Source: Gemmatimonas sp.
Lineage (GTDB): Bacteria > Gemmatimonadota > Gemmatimonadetes > Gemmatimonadales > Gemmatimonadaceae
NCBI GenBank assembly: GCA_040399825.1
Contig: JBBARJ010000001.1
Location: 1-48,667 of the forward strand
Direction of reading: 5' to 3'
Length of the DNA: 48,667 bases
The position numbers and the translations under genes are program-made. Shown here one piece after another: positions 1-8,369 of this stretch. The notes beneath the pieces were generated by a model. That model ran no database searches and was not told where the DNA came from. It saw only the letters and a program-made list of their open reading frames with translations. Within the stretch, counting starts at the first letter, position 1. The number at the start of each line of letters is the position of its first letter.

Positions 1-235
1 TGAGCACGGCCGTCTGCACCGTCATGTGCAACGAGCCCATGATCTTCGCGCCCTTCAGCGGATGCTGGCCCGCGTACTCGGCGCGCAGCGCCATGAGCCC
101 CGGCATCTCGAATTCGGCGAGACGGATTTCCTTGCGACCCCACTCGGCGAGCGCGAGATCACGCACGGCGAACGCGGGACGATCGAGCGACGCCAGTGGC
201 GCAGCGCCCTGTTCGGTGACAACGACGGTAGACAT
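1..235 (-). CDS. ahcY: Adenosylhomocysteinase, N-terminal part (runs off window start)
   Basis: Manual translation (missing from the ORF track): [10 protein letters not shown]...[31 protein letters not shown]...[20 protein letters not shown], the canonical AhcY N-terminus. Its ATG directly follows the TAA of the upstream regulator. Confidence 0.96.
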   Translation of the reverse strand, partial: MSTVVVTEQGAAPLASLDRPAFAVRDLALAEWGRKEIRLAEFEMPGLMALRAEYAGQHPLKGAKIMGSLHMTVQTAVL

Positions 236-1216
236 TTACGGATGAGTCCTGAGGGTAGAGTCGAAACGGAAATCCACGGCACAGCGCGCCGTGGCGGAAA
301 ACAACGCGGGGCCGGTGGCATCGGGATCCACCGGTAACGGGACATAACGGACTGCGGTAAAGCCGGCGTCGTGTAGCCACGCCGTGAGTTCGATCTGATC
401 GAAGCCGAGCCAGACGTGACCCATCTGCTCGCGATAGCGCTCCTGCGCATGCGGGCGCATATCAGCGATCAGTAGGCGACCGTTGGGGCGGAGCACGCGA
501 CGGACATCGCGCAGCGCACGCAGCGGATCAGCCACATGGTGGAGCACCAGCATCAGCACGGCTGCATCAAGCGACGCATCGCCCAACGGCAGCGCCTCGA
601 GCGTGCCTTCGGACAACGTCACGTTGGAGCACGCTGCCAACCGCGAAGAGGCCGCCGAGAGCATGGCCGGCGAGACATCGATGGCGTGGACATGTGCGAC
701 ATGCGGCGCGAGTGCCGCCGCCAAGGCGCCGGTGCCACAGCCCAGATCGCCGATGATCAGCGATTCGTTCAGCAGCGCGAGCGCGGCACTCAGGTCCGCA
801 CGCGCGCCGAACATGTCGGTGCGCAACGCATCCCATTCGGCGCTGGCGGTGGCGAAGAACGCCTGGGTGCCGGCGCGACGGGCCGAGATCACGGCATCGA
901 TGCGCGCCGCGTCCTGCAACGACGCGGGCGTACTCCCCAGCGCCGATCGCACGATGTCCCACAACGCCCGCATGTCAGCATCGAGGCGCGGATTGCGGCG
1001 ATACCAGCGGCTCGCGCCTTCAGCCCGCGACGCGATCCAGTGCTGGTCGGCTAGAATCTTGAGGTGCCGGCTCACCGTGCTCTGCGGCAGCTGCAGTGCG
1101 GTGGCCAATTCACCAACAGTGAGTTCCTGCCGCTCCAACGCCGAAAGCAGCCGACACCGAGTGGCGTCAGCGAGCTCGACCATGTGGTCGTGAATGGCAA
1201 GGCGAGGCGAGGTCAT
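236..1216 (-). CDS. ArsR-family HTH fused to class I SAM-binding methyltransferase domain (SahR/SamR-type regulator)
   Basis: N-terminal ArsR HTH (LADATRCRLL...ELTVGELA...QSTVSRHLKIL), C-terminal DLGCGTG SAM motif, located directly upstream of ahcY. Confidence 0.9.
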   Translation of the reverse strand: MTSPRLAIHDHMVELADATRCRLLSALERQELTVGELATALQLPQSTVSRHLKILADQHWIASRAEGASRWYRRNPRLDADMRALWDIVRSALGSTPASLQDAARIDAVISARRAGTQAFFATASAEWDALRTDMFGARADLSAALALLNESLIIGDLGCGTGALAAALAPHVAHVHAIDVSPAMLSAASSRLAACSNVTLSEGTLEALPLGDASLDAAVLMLVLHHVADPLRALRDVRRVLRPNGRLLIADMRPHAQERYREQMGHVWLGFDQIELTAWLHDAGFTAVRYVPLPVDPDATGPALFSATARCAVDFRFDSTLRTHP

Positions 1217-1221
1217 GATTT

Positions 1222-1242
1222 AGTATATCCGATTATCCGGAT
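1222..1242 (-). promoter_or_regulatory. -10 box (TATACT) 5 nt before the regulator ATG, overlapped by palindrome ATCCG-N6-CGGAT (candidate operator)
   Basis: Minus strand reads ATCCGGATAATCGGATATACTAAATC-ATG. Palindrome spans 1227-1242. Confidence 0.55.
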
Positions 1243-1323
1243 GAAAGGATAGCAATCTGGCACACCTCCGTCAATCTGGATTGTGTCAAGTCGGGGATTC
1301 TCCCCTCCCGTCGAGCCGGAACC

Positions 1324-2664
1324 ATGCTACCATTGCCTCCAATGCTTGATCTTCCTCTCGCTCTCGACCTCTTGGTCTCGGCGCTCGTCGGACTGGCAGT
1401 GGGCGTCGAGCGGGAATGGTCGGGACACACGACCGGCCCCGACGGGCGCTTCGCCGGCGTCCGCACGTTTACGCTGCTCGGGGTAATCGGTGGGTTCGGC
1501 GGCTGGTTCTTCCGCGACGGCCAACCGGCGCTCGCCGCCGTCATCGTCGGCGCGGGCATGCTGTTCCCGATTTCGGCGTACGTTGCGACGCTCCGCCGAC
1601 CGGGTACGACCACCGACGGCACCACTGAAGTCGCCGCCATTCTCGTCGTGGCGATGGGGGCCGCCGCCGCCCTCGGCCACCGCACGCTGGCGAGTGCTGC
1701 CGCCGTCGTGTGCGTGCTGCTGTTGGCGGAGAAATCGACGTTGCAGAATGCGCTGCAAAAGATGGCCGCACACGAACTGCGGGCCGCGCTGCAGTTCGCG
1801 GTCCTCGCGCTGGTCATTCTGCCACTGCTGCCGGCAGGCGGGTACGGGCCGTTCGGGGCCTTTCAGCCTCGACCGCTGTGGATCGTGGTCCTGCTCTTTT
1901 CGGGGCTGAACTTCACAGGGTACATCGCCCGGCGCGTCATCGGTGAGACGCGCGGACTCGGCGTCACTGGCCTGCTCGGCGGTTTGGTGTCCTCCACCGC
2001 CGTGTCACTCACGTTCAGCCGCCGAAGCCGTACCGATCCGGACCTGGCGCTGCCACTCGCGCTTGGCGTGGTGGCCGCCTGCACGATGCTGGTCCCACGA
2101 CTGCTCGTGACATCAGCCGTGCTGCGACCGGCCGTCGCCACTGCCGCGGTGCCGATCCTGATGCCGCCCTTCCTGATCGGCGCGTTGTTCATCGCCGTCG
2201 GAATGTGGCAGGCTCGCGACCGGCACGTTCCGACACAGAACGACGCGCCGAGCGATACCAGGGGAGCAACCGCCGCACCGCATGCGCCCCACGCATTCAC
2301 GTCGGGACAGAATCCACTCGCCCTCGCGTCGTCGCTGCAAATGGCGGCGGCCTTTCAGGTCGTCCTGTTCGCGATCGCGTGGGTACAGCAGGCCGTCGGC
2401 TCAACGGGCGTCCTGCTCTCCGCCACGCTGCTTGGTCTCACCGACGTAGATGCTCTCACCGTGTCGATGACACGATACGGCGCCGACCCGGCGAACGTGC
2501 GCGTGGCCGCCGCCGCGATCGGTATCGGCGTGCTCTCCAACACCATGCTGAAGCTCACGCTCGTGGTCACCATGGGTGGACCACACTTTCGTGCGCGTGC
2601 GGCGACCGGCCTACTCGCGCTGGCCGCAGCGTCGGGCGCCGGCATCTGGATCGGGTGGCCATGA
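1324..2664 (+). CDS. MgtC/SapB-family membrane protein with DUF4010-type C-terminus
   Basis: GLAVGVEREW, FAGVRTF, TDGTTEVAA, GGLVSSTAV and GLTDVDA motifs; many TM segments. Start may be 1342. Confidence 0.85.
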   Translation: MLPLPPMLDLPLALDLLVSALVGLAVGVEREWSGHTTGPDGRFAGVRTFTLLGVIGGFGGWFFRDGQPALAAVIVGAGMLFPISAYVATLRRPGTTTDGTTEVAAILVVAMGAAAALGHRTLASAAAVVCVLLLAEKSTLQNALQKMAAHELRAALQFAVLALVILPLLPAGGYGPFGAFQPRPLWIVVLLFSGLNFTGYIARRVIGETRGLGVTGLLGGLVSSTAVSLTFSRRSRTDPDLALPLALGVVAACTMLVPRLLVTSAVLRPAVATAAVPILMPPFLIGALFIAVGMWQARDRHVPTQNDAPSDTRGATAAPHAPHAFTSGQNPLALASSLQMAAAFQVVLFAIAWVQQAVGSTGVLLSATLLGLTDVDALTVSMTRYGADPANVRVAAAAIGIGVLSNTMLKLTLVVTMGGPHFRARAATGLLALAAASGAGIWIGWP

Positions 2665-3482
2665 GTCTCGCCCCGACGCCCTCCGCCAATTCGGTTCATC
2701 GGCGCATCAGCGCAGTGGGCCGGATCACCCGATCGTTCTTCGGTCAGATCGGGGCCGGCACACGATTCGTTGTGGCGACGATCCGTGCGATGCGCGACAC
2801 CAAGGACTGGATCCCCGAGTTCAGCACGCACGCGCGCATCCTCGGCGTGGAGTCGCTGCCGATCGGTATCTTCATCGCGTTGTTCACCGGCATCGTGCTG
2901 GCACTCCTCGCGAGCTATTCCGTGGGCAATCTCGTGCCGCCGTATTTCGTGGGCACGCTGGTCCAGAAAACGATCACCCTCGAACTCGCCCCGGTGCTCA
3001 CCGGGCTGGCCTTGGCTGGACGCGTAGGCGCGAATATCGCGGCCGAGCTGGGCACGATGCGCGTCACCGAACAGATCGATGCGCTCGAGACGCTCACGTT
3101 CGATCCGATGAGCCATCTCGTGGTGCCGCGGGTACTGGCGTCAACGCTGATGTTTCCCGTCGTGGTGGCGGTCGCCATGCTGGTCGGGCTGTTGTCGGGC
3201 TGGGTGGCCTCGCTGGTACTGCTCGACATTACTACACCGCAGTTTCTGAAGGGCGTCCGCATTTTCTTCACCGACTTCGACGTGCGCTATGGCCTCGTGA
3301 AGTCGGCAAGCTTCGGCGCGGCAGTCGCCCTGATCGGATGCCGTGCCGGCTTGAACACGCAGGGTGGCGCGCAGGGCGTCGGACGCGGCGCCACACGTGC
3401 CGTGGTGATTTCGGCGGTCATGATTCTCGTCCTCGATGCCTTCTGGGCGCTCGTTTGGCTCTCGGGCCGTACCATTCGGTAA
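2661..3482 (+). CDS. mlaE: MlaE-family ABC permease
   Basis: ELAPVLTGLALAGRVGANIAAELGTMRVTEQIDALE signature. ATG at 2661 overlaps the previous stop (ATGA). Confidence 0.92.
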   Translation: MSLAPTPSANSVHRRISAVGRITRSFFGQIGAGTRFVVATIRAMRDTKDWIPEFSTHARILGVESLPIGIFIALFTGIVLALLASYSVGNLVPPYFVGTLVQKTITLELAPVLTGLALAGRVGANIAAELGTMRVTEQIDALETLTFDPMSHLVVPRVLASTLMFPVVVAVAMLVGLLSGWVASLVLLDITTPQFLKGVRIFFTDFDVRYGLVKSASFGAAVALIGCRAGLNTQGGAQGVGRGATRAVVISAVMILVLDAFWALVWLSGRTIR

Positions 3483-3516
3483 CGCATATCAACGTGTCCA
3501 TTCCCCCACTCGCTTT

Positions 3517-4530
3517 ATGACCACGTCCCGACGCGCCAGCGACTTTGTAGTCGGCGCCACCGTGCTAGTGGTGACGATCGTGGTGATCGGCACGGTGCTC
3601 TGGCTCAAGCAAGCCGATCTCCGCGGCAAGACCCGCCACATCGTCGTGCGTTCACGCGACGTCGGGGGCGTGGCACTCGGCAATCCGGTGGTGATCCGCG
3701 GGGTGCGCTCGGGACAGATCGAGTCCATCGCGCTCGGCGAGCGTGGGTGGGTCGTGCTCACGCTCGGCATCGATCGTGGCACCACACTGCCCTCCGATCC
3801 AGTCGTACTGCTCGCCGCGTCGAGCCTGTTCGGCGAATGGCAAGCCACCATCACCGACGCGACTGGGTTGCCGGCCGACCGCGAACTGCGCGCGGCGATC
3901 AGTGAGTCGCGCACCACCGGCGACACGTTGGCGGGGGCAGTGCTTCCCGACATTGCCCAGCTCACCACGCTCGCCGGTCGCATCGCCGGCGATGTCGCAC
4001 AAGTCGCCGACCGGGTGCAAGTCGCGTTCGACGATCAGGCCGCGCGCGAACTCCGTGAATCGCTCCGCAACTTTTCGCGGCTCTCGACGCAGTTGGCCAC
4101 CACGGTGGAGCGGCAGTCCAAGAACCTCGATCACATCAGCAGCGATGTGCAGCTCGGGCTCAAAAGCATCAACGCGGCGGCGGCAAACCTGAACGCCTTT
4201 TCCTCACGCGTCGACTCGGCGACGAGCCGCGGCGAACTGCAGGTGATCGTCGCCAATTCGCAGACCGCCGCCAAAGAGTTGCTCGCGGCCACGAGCCGTC
4301 TACGTGACGTGGTGGACGGCCTCGATCGCACGGAGGGACGGCTGGCGAGCGCGGTGTCCAGAGCCGACTCGGTGTTCAACAAGGTGAACGCGGGGCGTGG
4401 AACGCTCGGGCTGATGGTGAACGACCCGGCGCTGTATCAGCAGAGCGATTCACTGGTGCGTGAACTCCGCGTACTCATCGCGGACGTGAAGAAGAATCCG
4501 AAGCGTTACTTCACCGTGCGGGTGTTTTAG
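3517..4530 (+). CDS. mlaD: MlaD/MCE-family protein
   Basis: N-terminal TM, MCE domain (GNPVVIRGVRSGQI), helical region, C-terminal GTLGLMVNDPALY...DVKKNPKRY. Confidence 0.85.
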   Translation: MTTSRRASDFVVGATVLVVTIVVIGTVLWLKQADLRGKTRHIVVRSRDVGGVALGNPVVIRGVRSGQIESIALGERGWVVLTLGIDRGTTLPSDPVVLLAASSLFGEWQATITDATGLPADRELRAAISESRTTGDTLAGAVLPDIAQLTTLAGRIAGDVAQVADRVQVAFDDQAARELRESLRNFSRLSTQLATTVERQSKNLDHISSDVQLGLKSINAAAANLNAFSSRVDSATSRGELQVIVANSQTAAKELLAATSRLRDVVDGLDRTEGRLASAVSRADSVFNKVNAGRGTLGLMVNDPALYQQSDSLVRELRVLIADVKKNPKRYFTVRVF

Positions 4531-4539
4531 CGATTCGCG

Positions 4540-5460
4540 TCAGGCCGACGGCACCGCAAGGACGCCACATCGTGACGTTCGCAGCACTCGCGTGGCGACC
4601 GAGCCCACCACGAGGCGCTCCAGCAAGCTATAGCGCTGCGTGCCCACCGCGATGAGGTCGCACTGCGCCTGCTGCGCGAACGACAGGAGTGACGACGCGG
4701 GATCGCCGCGCACGGTGACCGTTTCCACGATCACCCCGTCGGGCGAATCGAGCTGCGCGCGAACCTGATCGAGCAGCGGCACCAGGCTGCGTCCGTAGTC
4801 AGCATCCCACGCCTGCCACTCGACCGATGGATTCTCGAACCGCGGGCGCACGTGCACCAGCGTGAGCCGTCCGTTGGGGCCGACCAGTCGGGCAGCGAGT
4901 CGGGCCGCCTGAACACTGGCAACGCTGAAGTCGAGGCCGACGACCGCGTGTATCTGGTGCACGGGGAAGTTGAGGCCGACCGCCAACACCGGCACGCGCG
5001 ATTCTCTGAGCGTGGCCAACGTGGTCTCGGTGCCGAACAACCGATCCAGCGGATTGTGACGCCCGATCCCCATCACGATCACCGACGCGTGACGACGTAG
5101 TGCCTCAGTTGCCAATGAACGTGCGGGTGAGCCGATCTGCACCTCCACCGGCCACGCCGGATCACCGGCCGCCGAAATCATAAGCACGCGGCGGAGGTCT
5201 TCGACCATCGACGCGCAGCGTTCCTCATCCAGATTCGCCGCCACGGGCAACACGTCCATCCCGGCGGCGACACCGGGCGTCGGCTCGCAAATGCCAAGCA
5301 GTTGAATCGGGCCCCCAAACGCCCTCATCGCCGACCGGGCGGCGTTGAATAACGCCTCACTGGACACCGGTGCACCATCGCACGCGACGAGCACGGGTCC
5401 ATTGGCGCCGGGCGGCAGAGACTCCGAGTGCATGACGGGATCGTGGGCGGGAACGGACAT
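4540..5460 (-). CDS. Tandem-domain universal stress protein
   Basis: Two USP domains: VLVACDG...IVMG...LFGTET and VVGLDFS...DLIAVG...VGSVATRVLR. Confidence 0.9.
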   Translation of the reverse strand: MSVPAHDPVMHSESLPPGANGPVLVACDGAPVSSEALFNAARSAMRAFGGPIQLLGICEPTPGVAAGMDVLPVAANLDEERCASMVEDLRRVLMISAAGDPAWPVEVQIGSPARSLATEALRRHASVIVMGIGRHNPLDRLFGTETTLATLRESRVPVLAVGLNFPVHQIHAVVGLDFSVASVQAARLAARLVGPNGRLTLVHVRPRFENPSVEWQAWDADYGRSLVPLLDQVRAQLDSPDGVIVETVTVRGDPASSLLSFAQQAQCDLIAVGTQRYSLLERLVVGSVATRVLRTSRCGVLAVPSA

Positions 5461-5588
5461 GGACGGGACCCTCGGAGAGCGACAGGCATCGCGCTGCAAC
5501 AAAGGGTCGCGCTTGAGCCACCCACACCATATCGGGGAGTCCGGTGATCCGAGTCGGGGAATCCCTTATAACTACATCGACATGTTGT

Positions 5589-6974
5589 CTACAGCGCCCA
5601 ACGGAGCGCGCGGGCCGTCGTGTCGAGCAGTCGGTGAGACCACGTCCGCTGGCGCCATTCCTCCCTTGTGATCTCGCGGCTGCCAGCGAGATCCGCCCGG
5701 AAACTGCCTTCGAGCTCGGCGGCGCACGCGTCATCAAGAACGAGCACGTTGCATTCCGCATTCAACCAAAAGGAGCGAAAGTCCAGATTCGACGAACCGA
5801 TGAGGCTCGCATGGCCATCGACCACCATCGTCTTCGCATGCAGCGTGGCACGCTCGTACTCGAATACGCGCACGCCGCTCTCGAGTAACTGGCGATAAGC
5901 CCCATGCGCGGCATGCCGGATCAACGGCACATCCGTGCGCGCGCCGGGCAGCAACAGACGCACATCCACGCCGCGCCGCGCCGCGTGGATCAGGAAGGTG
6001 AGTGCTCGGCTCGGCGGTGCGAAGTACGGCGTCGTGATCCACAGGCGCGCGCGCGCGCCGCCCAGCAGCGCCGACAACACACTCAACATCTCGTGTTGTC
6101 CGCGTCCGGGCCGCGGATCAAGCACGAGCATGGCGCGATCCGCCGGCGCCGCCACCTCGATGACACGGCGTACGCGACGTCCGCGGCGACGGTCGTGTTG
6201 CCGTCCGAGCTGACGCTGCACCTGACGCTGAACGGCCTGCTGCCATCGACGTGATGTCGCCCGAGCGCCGATCCCCTCGACGTTCTGTTGCGGCGAGGTC
6301 TCGACGGCATCGCTCCAGCTCACGTATTCGAGACCGGGCAGCGCCGGACCACGCGCGCGATCCCATCCCTCCGCAAACACCGCGGCCAATTCACGCGCCA
6401 CCGACCCTTCCACCTGCACAAAGGTGTCACGCCACACATCGTGACGGGCGCGAATCGACGAGCCATATTCTTCACCGATATTCATGCCCCCGGTGAATGC
6501 GACGCAGCGATCGCAGACGAGCAGCTTGCGATGATCGCGGCGCAGCGCAGCGAAGGGATGATGCCAGACGCGATGGAAATGACGCACGACGACGCCCTGC
6601 CCAGTGAGCGCATCCCAGAAGCGAGCGTGCGTGCCCATGGACCCCACGGCATCGGCCAGCACGTACGTGCGCACCCCACGCGCCGCCGCGCGCACCAACG
6701 CCTGCTGCACAGATGCACCGAGCGTGTCGTCGCGCAGGATATACGTCTCCAGCAGCACCTCATCCTGCGCGGCATCGATCGCCGCGATCATGGTGCGGAA
6801 CGCCTCGGCGCCATCGGGCAACAGCACCGGCGGCGGACACCCATGCAGGGGTCCGCCATCGATTCCCTGCAGGAGTTCGCGAAACGCCGGATCGCGTACG
6901 CCGTCGGTGAGGCGCCGTGCCGCCCCCCACGCCCGATAGGTACGCACTTCCCGAGGTGACGGGGCGTCAGCCAT
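5589..6974 (-). CDS. Phospholipase D / cardiolipin synthase (ClsB-like)
   Basis: Two HKD motifs (DHRKLLVCD, LHAKTMVVDG), plus FTGGMNIG, TTPYF and GSSNLDFRS. Confidence 0.9.
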   Translation of the reverse strand: MADAPSPREVRTYRAWGAARRLTDGVRDPAFRELLQGIDGGPLHGCPPPVLLPDGAEAFRTMIAAIDAAQDEVLLETYILRDDTLGASVQQALVRAAARGVRTYVLADAVGSMGTHARFWDALTGQGVVVRHFHRVWHHPFAALRRDHRKLLVCDRCVAFTGGMNIGEEYGSSIRARHDVWRDTFVQVEGSVARELAAVFAEGWDRARGPALPGLEYVSWSDAVETSPQQNVEGIGARATSRRWQQAVQRQVQRQLGRQHDRRRGRRVRRVIEVAAPADRAMLVLDPRPGRGQHEMLSVLSALLGGARARLWITTPYFAPPSRALTFLIHAARRGVDVRLLLPGARTDVPLIRHAAHGAYRQLLESGVRVFEYERATLHAKTMVVDGHASLIGSSNLDFRSFWLNAECNVLVLDDACAAELEGSFRADLAGSREITREEWRQRTWSHRLLDTTARALRWAL

Positions 6975-6985
6975 GTTTCAGCATG
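6972..6985. promoter_or_regulatory. Candidate bidirectional leaderless promoter CATGTTTCAGCATG
   Basis: Plus strand CATGTT-TCAGC-ATG, minus strand CATGCT-GAAAC-ATG. The divergent start codons are only 8 bp apart. Confidence 0.45.
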
Positions 6986-7354
6986 ACCCTCATTTTGCGA
7001 CTCCTGATCAATGCGGTCGCGCTCTGGTGCGCCGCGCGCTTCGTCGATGGCATCAGCTACACCGGCAGCTGGCAGGGACTCGGCGCGCTCGCGCTCGTAT
7101 TCGGCGTCGTGAACACGCTGGTGCGACCGGTGCTGTCGTTCTTCTCGTTCCCGATCCAGATCATCACACTGGGGCTGTTCACCCTCGTGCTGAACGCCGC
7201 CATGCTGCTGCTCACGAGCGCCCTCGCAACGCGACTTGGCGTCTCGTTCCACATCAGTGGCTTCTGGGCCGCGTTCGTGGGCGCGTTGCTGGTGAGCATG
7301 CTCAGTACCATCCTCAGTTGGATCGTGATCCCGAACGACGACAACGCCGACTGA
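6983..7354 (+). CDS. Phage holin family / YvlD (DUF360)-type 4-TM membrane protein
   Basis: LRLLINAVAL...FGVVNTLVRPVL...PIQIITLGLFTLVLNA...GFWAAFVGAL signature. Confidence 0.88.
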   Translation: MTLILRLLINAVALWCAARFVDGISYTGSWQGLGALALVFGVVNTLVRPVLSFFSFPIQIITLGLFTLVLNAAMLLLTSALATRLGVSFHISGFWAAFVGALLVSMLSTILSWIVIPNDDNAD

Positions 7355-7376
7355 ACGCGCCGCGCAGGCGCGCAGC

Positions 7377-8369
7377 TCAGGCGGGAAGCTCGTCGAGCGC
7401 GCGCTGTAGCACCAGCGCCAGCGCATCTCGCACCCGCTCGGGCGCGAGAATCACGGCGTCGGGGCCGTACTGCAGCACATGGCGAATTGCCCAGGATTCG
7501 TCCGCCAGCGGATAGTGCACCAGCAGTGACCCGTCGGGGTGCAGCTCGCCGCTCTCACGCTCGGCGATCCAGCGTGCCACCGTTGGACTGTAGCGCACCA
7601 CCAACGACTCCGCAGCCGGCGCGTCCTGCACGAACACATGCCCCTGCTGTAAGACCGATTCCACCGTGAAATCGGCGGGGCGTACGAATGCATCGGTCGT
7701 GGCCACCGCCGCACGTACGCGATCGAGGCGAAACACGCGCAGCGCGTCGCTGCGCTCGCAGAAGGCCACAAGATAGATGCTCGCATCGGCCCGCACCAAC
7801 GCGTACGGACGGACGCGGCGCACGGTGGCATCGGTGTCGTTCGAACGCTGATACGTGAGCTGCACGACATATTGGGACTCGATGGCGCGCTGGAGCACGA
7901 TCACGGCATCCCACTCGGTGTCGCGCGCGGGCTCGACGGCGAACGGGCTGGGCACCTCGGCGGTCGCCCCCACCTTGCGCTTGTCGACCACCGTGTCGAC
8001 CGGCCGCACCGAGATCTCACGCAGGCGCGCGCGCACATTCACCACGAGGTGACGCTCATCGACCGGCAGCTCCTGCTCCAGGATGCCGAGCCCCAATTCG
8101 AGCGCCGCCACCTCGGGGCGCGTGAGGCGCATCGGACGCTTGAAGTGCGACGATCGCATCGACACGCTGTCCGCTCCCCAGTACAACGAGATGCTCTCCA
8201 CGAAACCGGGCGGCGTGTCGTCACGGTCGAGCGATTGAAAATCGGCGCGCAGGATTTTCGCCGTGGTCCCCACGCGCGTGGCAAGCTGCTCGATCGTGAG
8301 TTTCGGTTCGTCGGCCATCGTCGGCAGCGCGATCAGCAGGCGCTGCAGTCGTTCATCAGCGCGCGTCAT
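7377..8369 (-). CDS. WYL-domain transcriptional regulator, PafC-like
   Basis: RLQRLL HTH start, RPMRLTRPEVAAL, WYL domain (RRVRPYAL...IYLVAFC...RVFRLDRV), C-terminal WIAE...WAIRHVLQYGPDA. ATG overlaps the upstream stop. Confidence 0.85.
   Translation of the reverse strand: MTRADERLQRLLIALPTMADEPKLTIEQLATRVGTTAKILRADFQSLDRDDTPPGFVESISLYWGADSVSMRSSHFKRPMRLTRPEVAALELGLGILEQELPVDERHLVVNVRARLREISVRPVDTVVDKRKVGATAEVPSPFAVEPARDTEWDAVIVLQRAIESQYVVQLTYQRSNDTDATVRRVRPYALVRADASIYLVAFCERSDALRVFRLDRVRAAVATTDAFVRPADFTVESVLQQGHVFVQDAPAAESLVVRYSPTVARWIAERESGELHPDGSLLVHYPLADESWAIRHVLQYGPDAVILAPERVRDALALVLQRALDELPA

Noticed and set aside
6983-7354. Holin-like gene as evidence of a prophage
   Set aside because: The YvlD/DUF360 family is commonly chromosomal, and no other phage genes are present.
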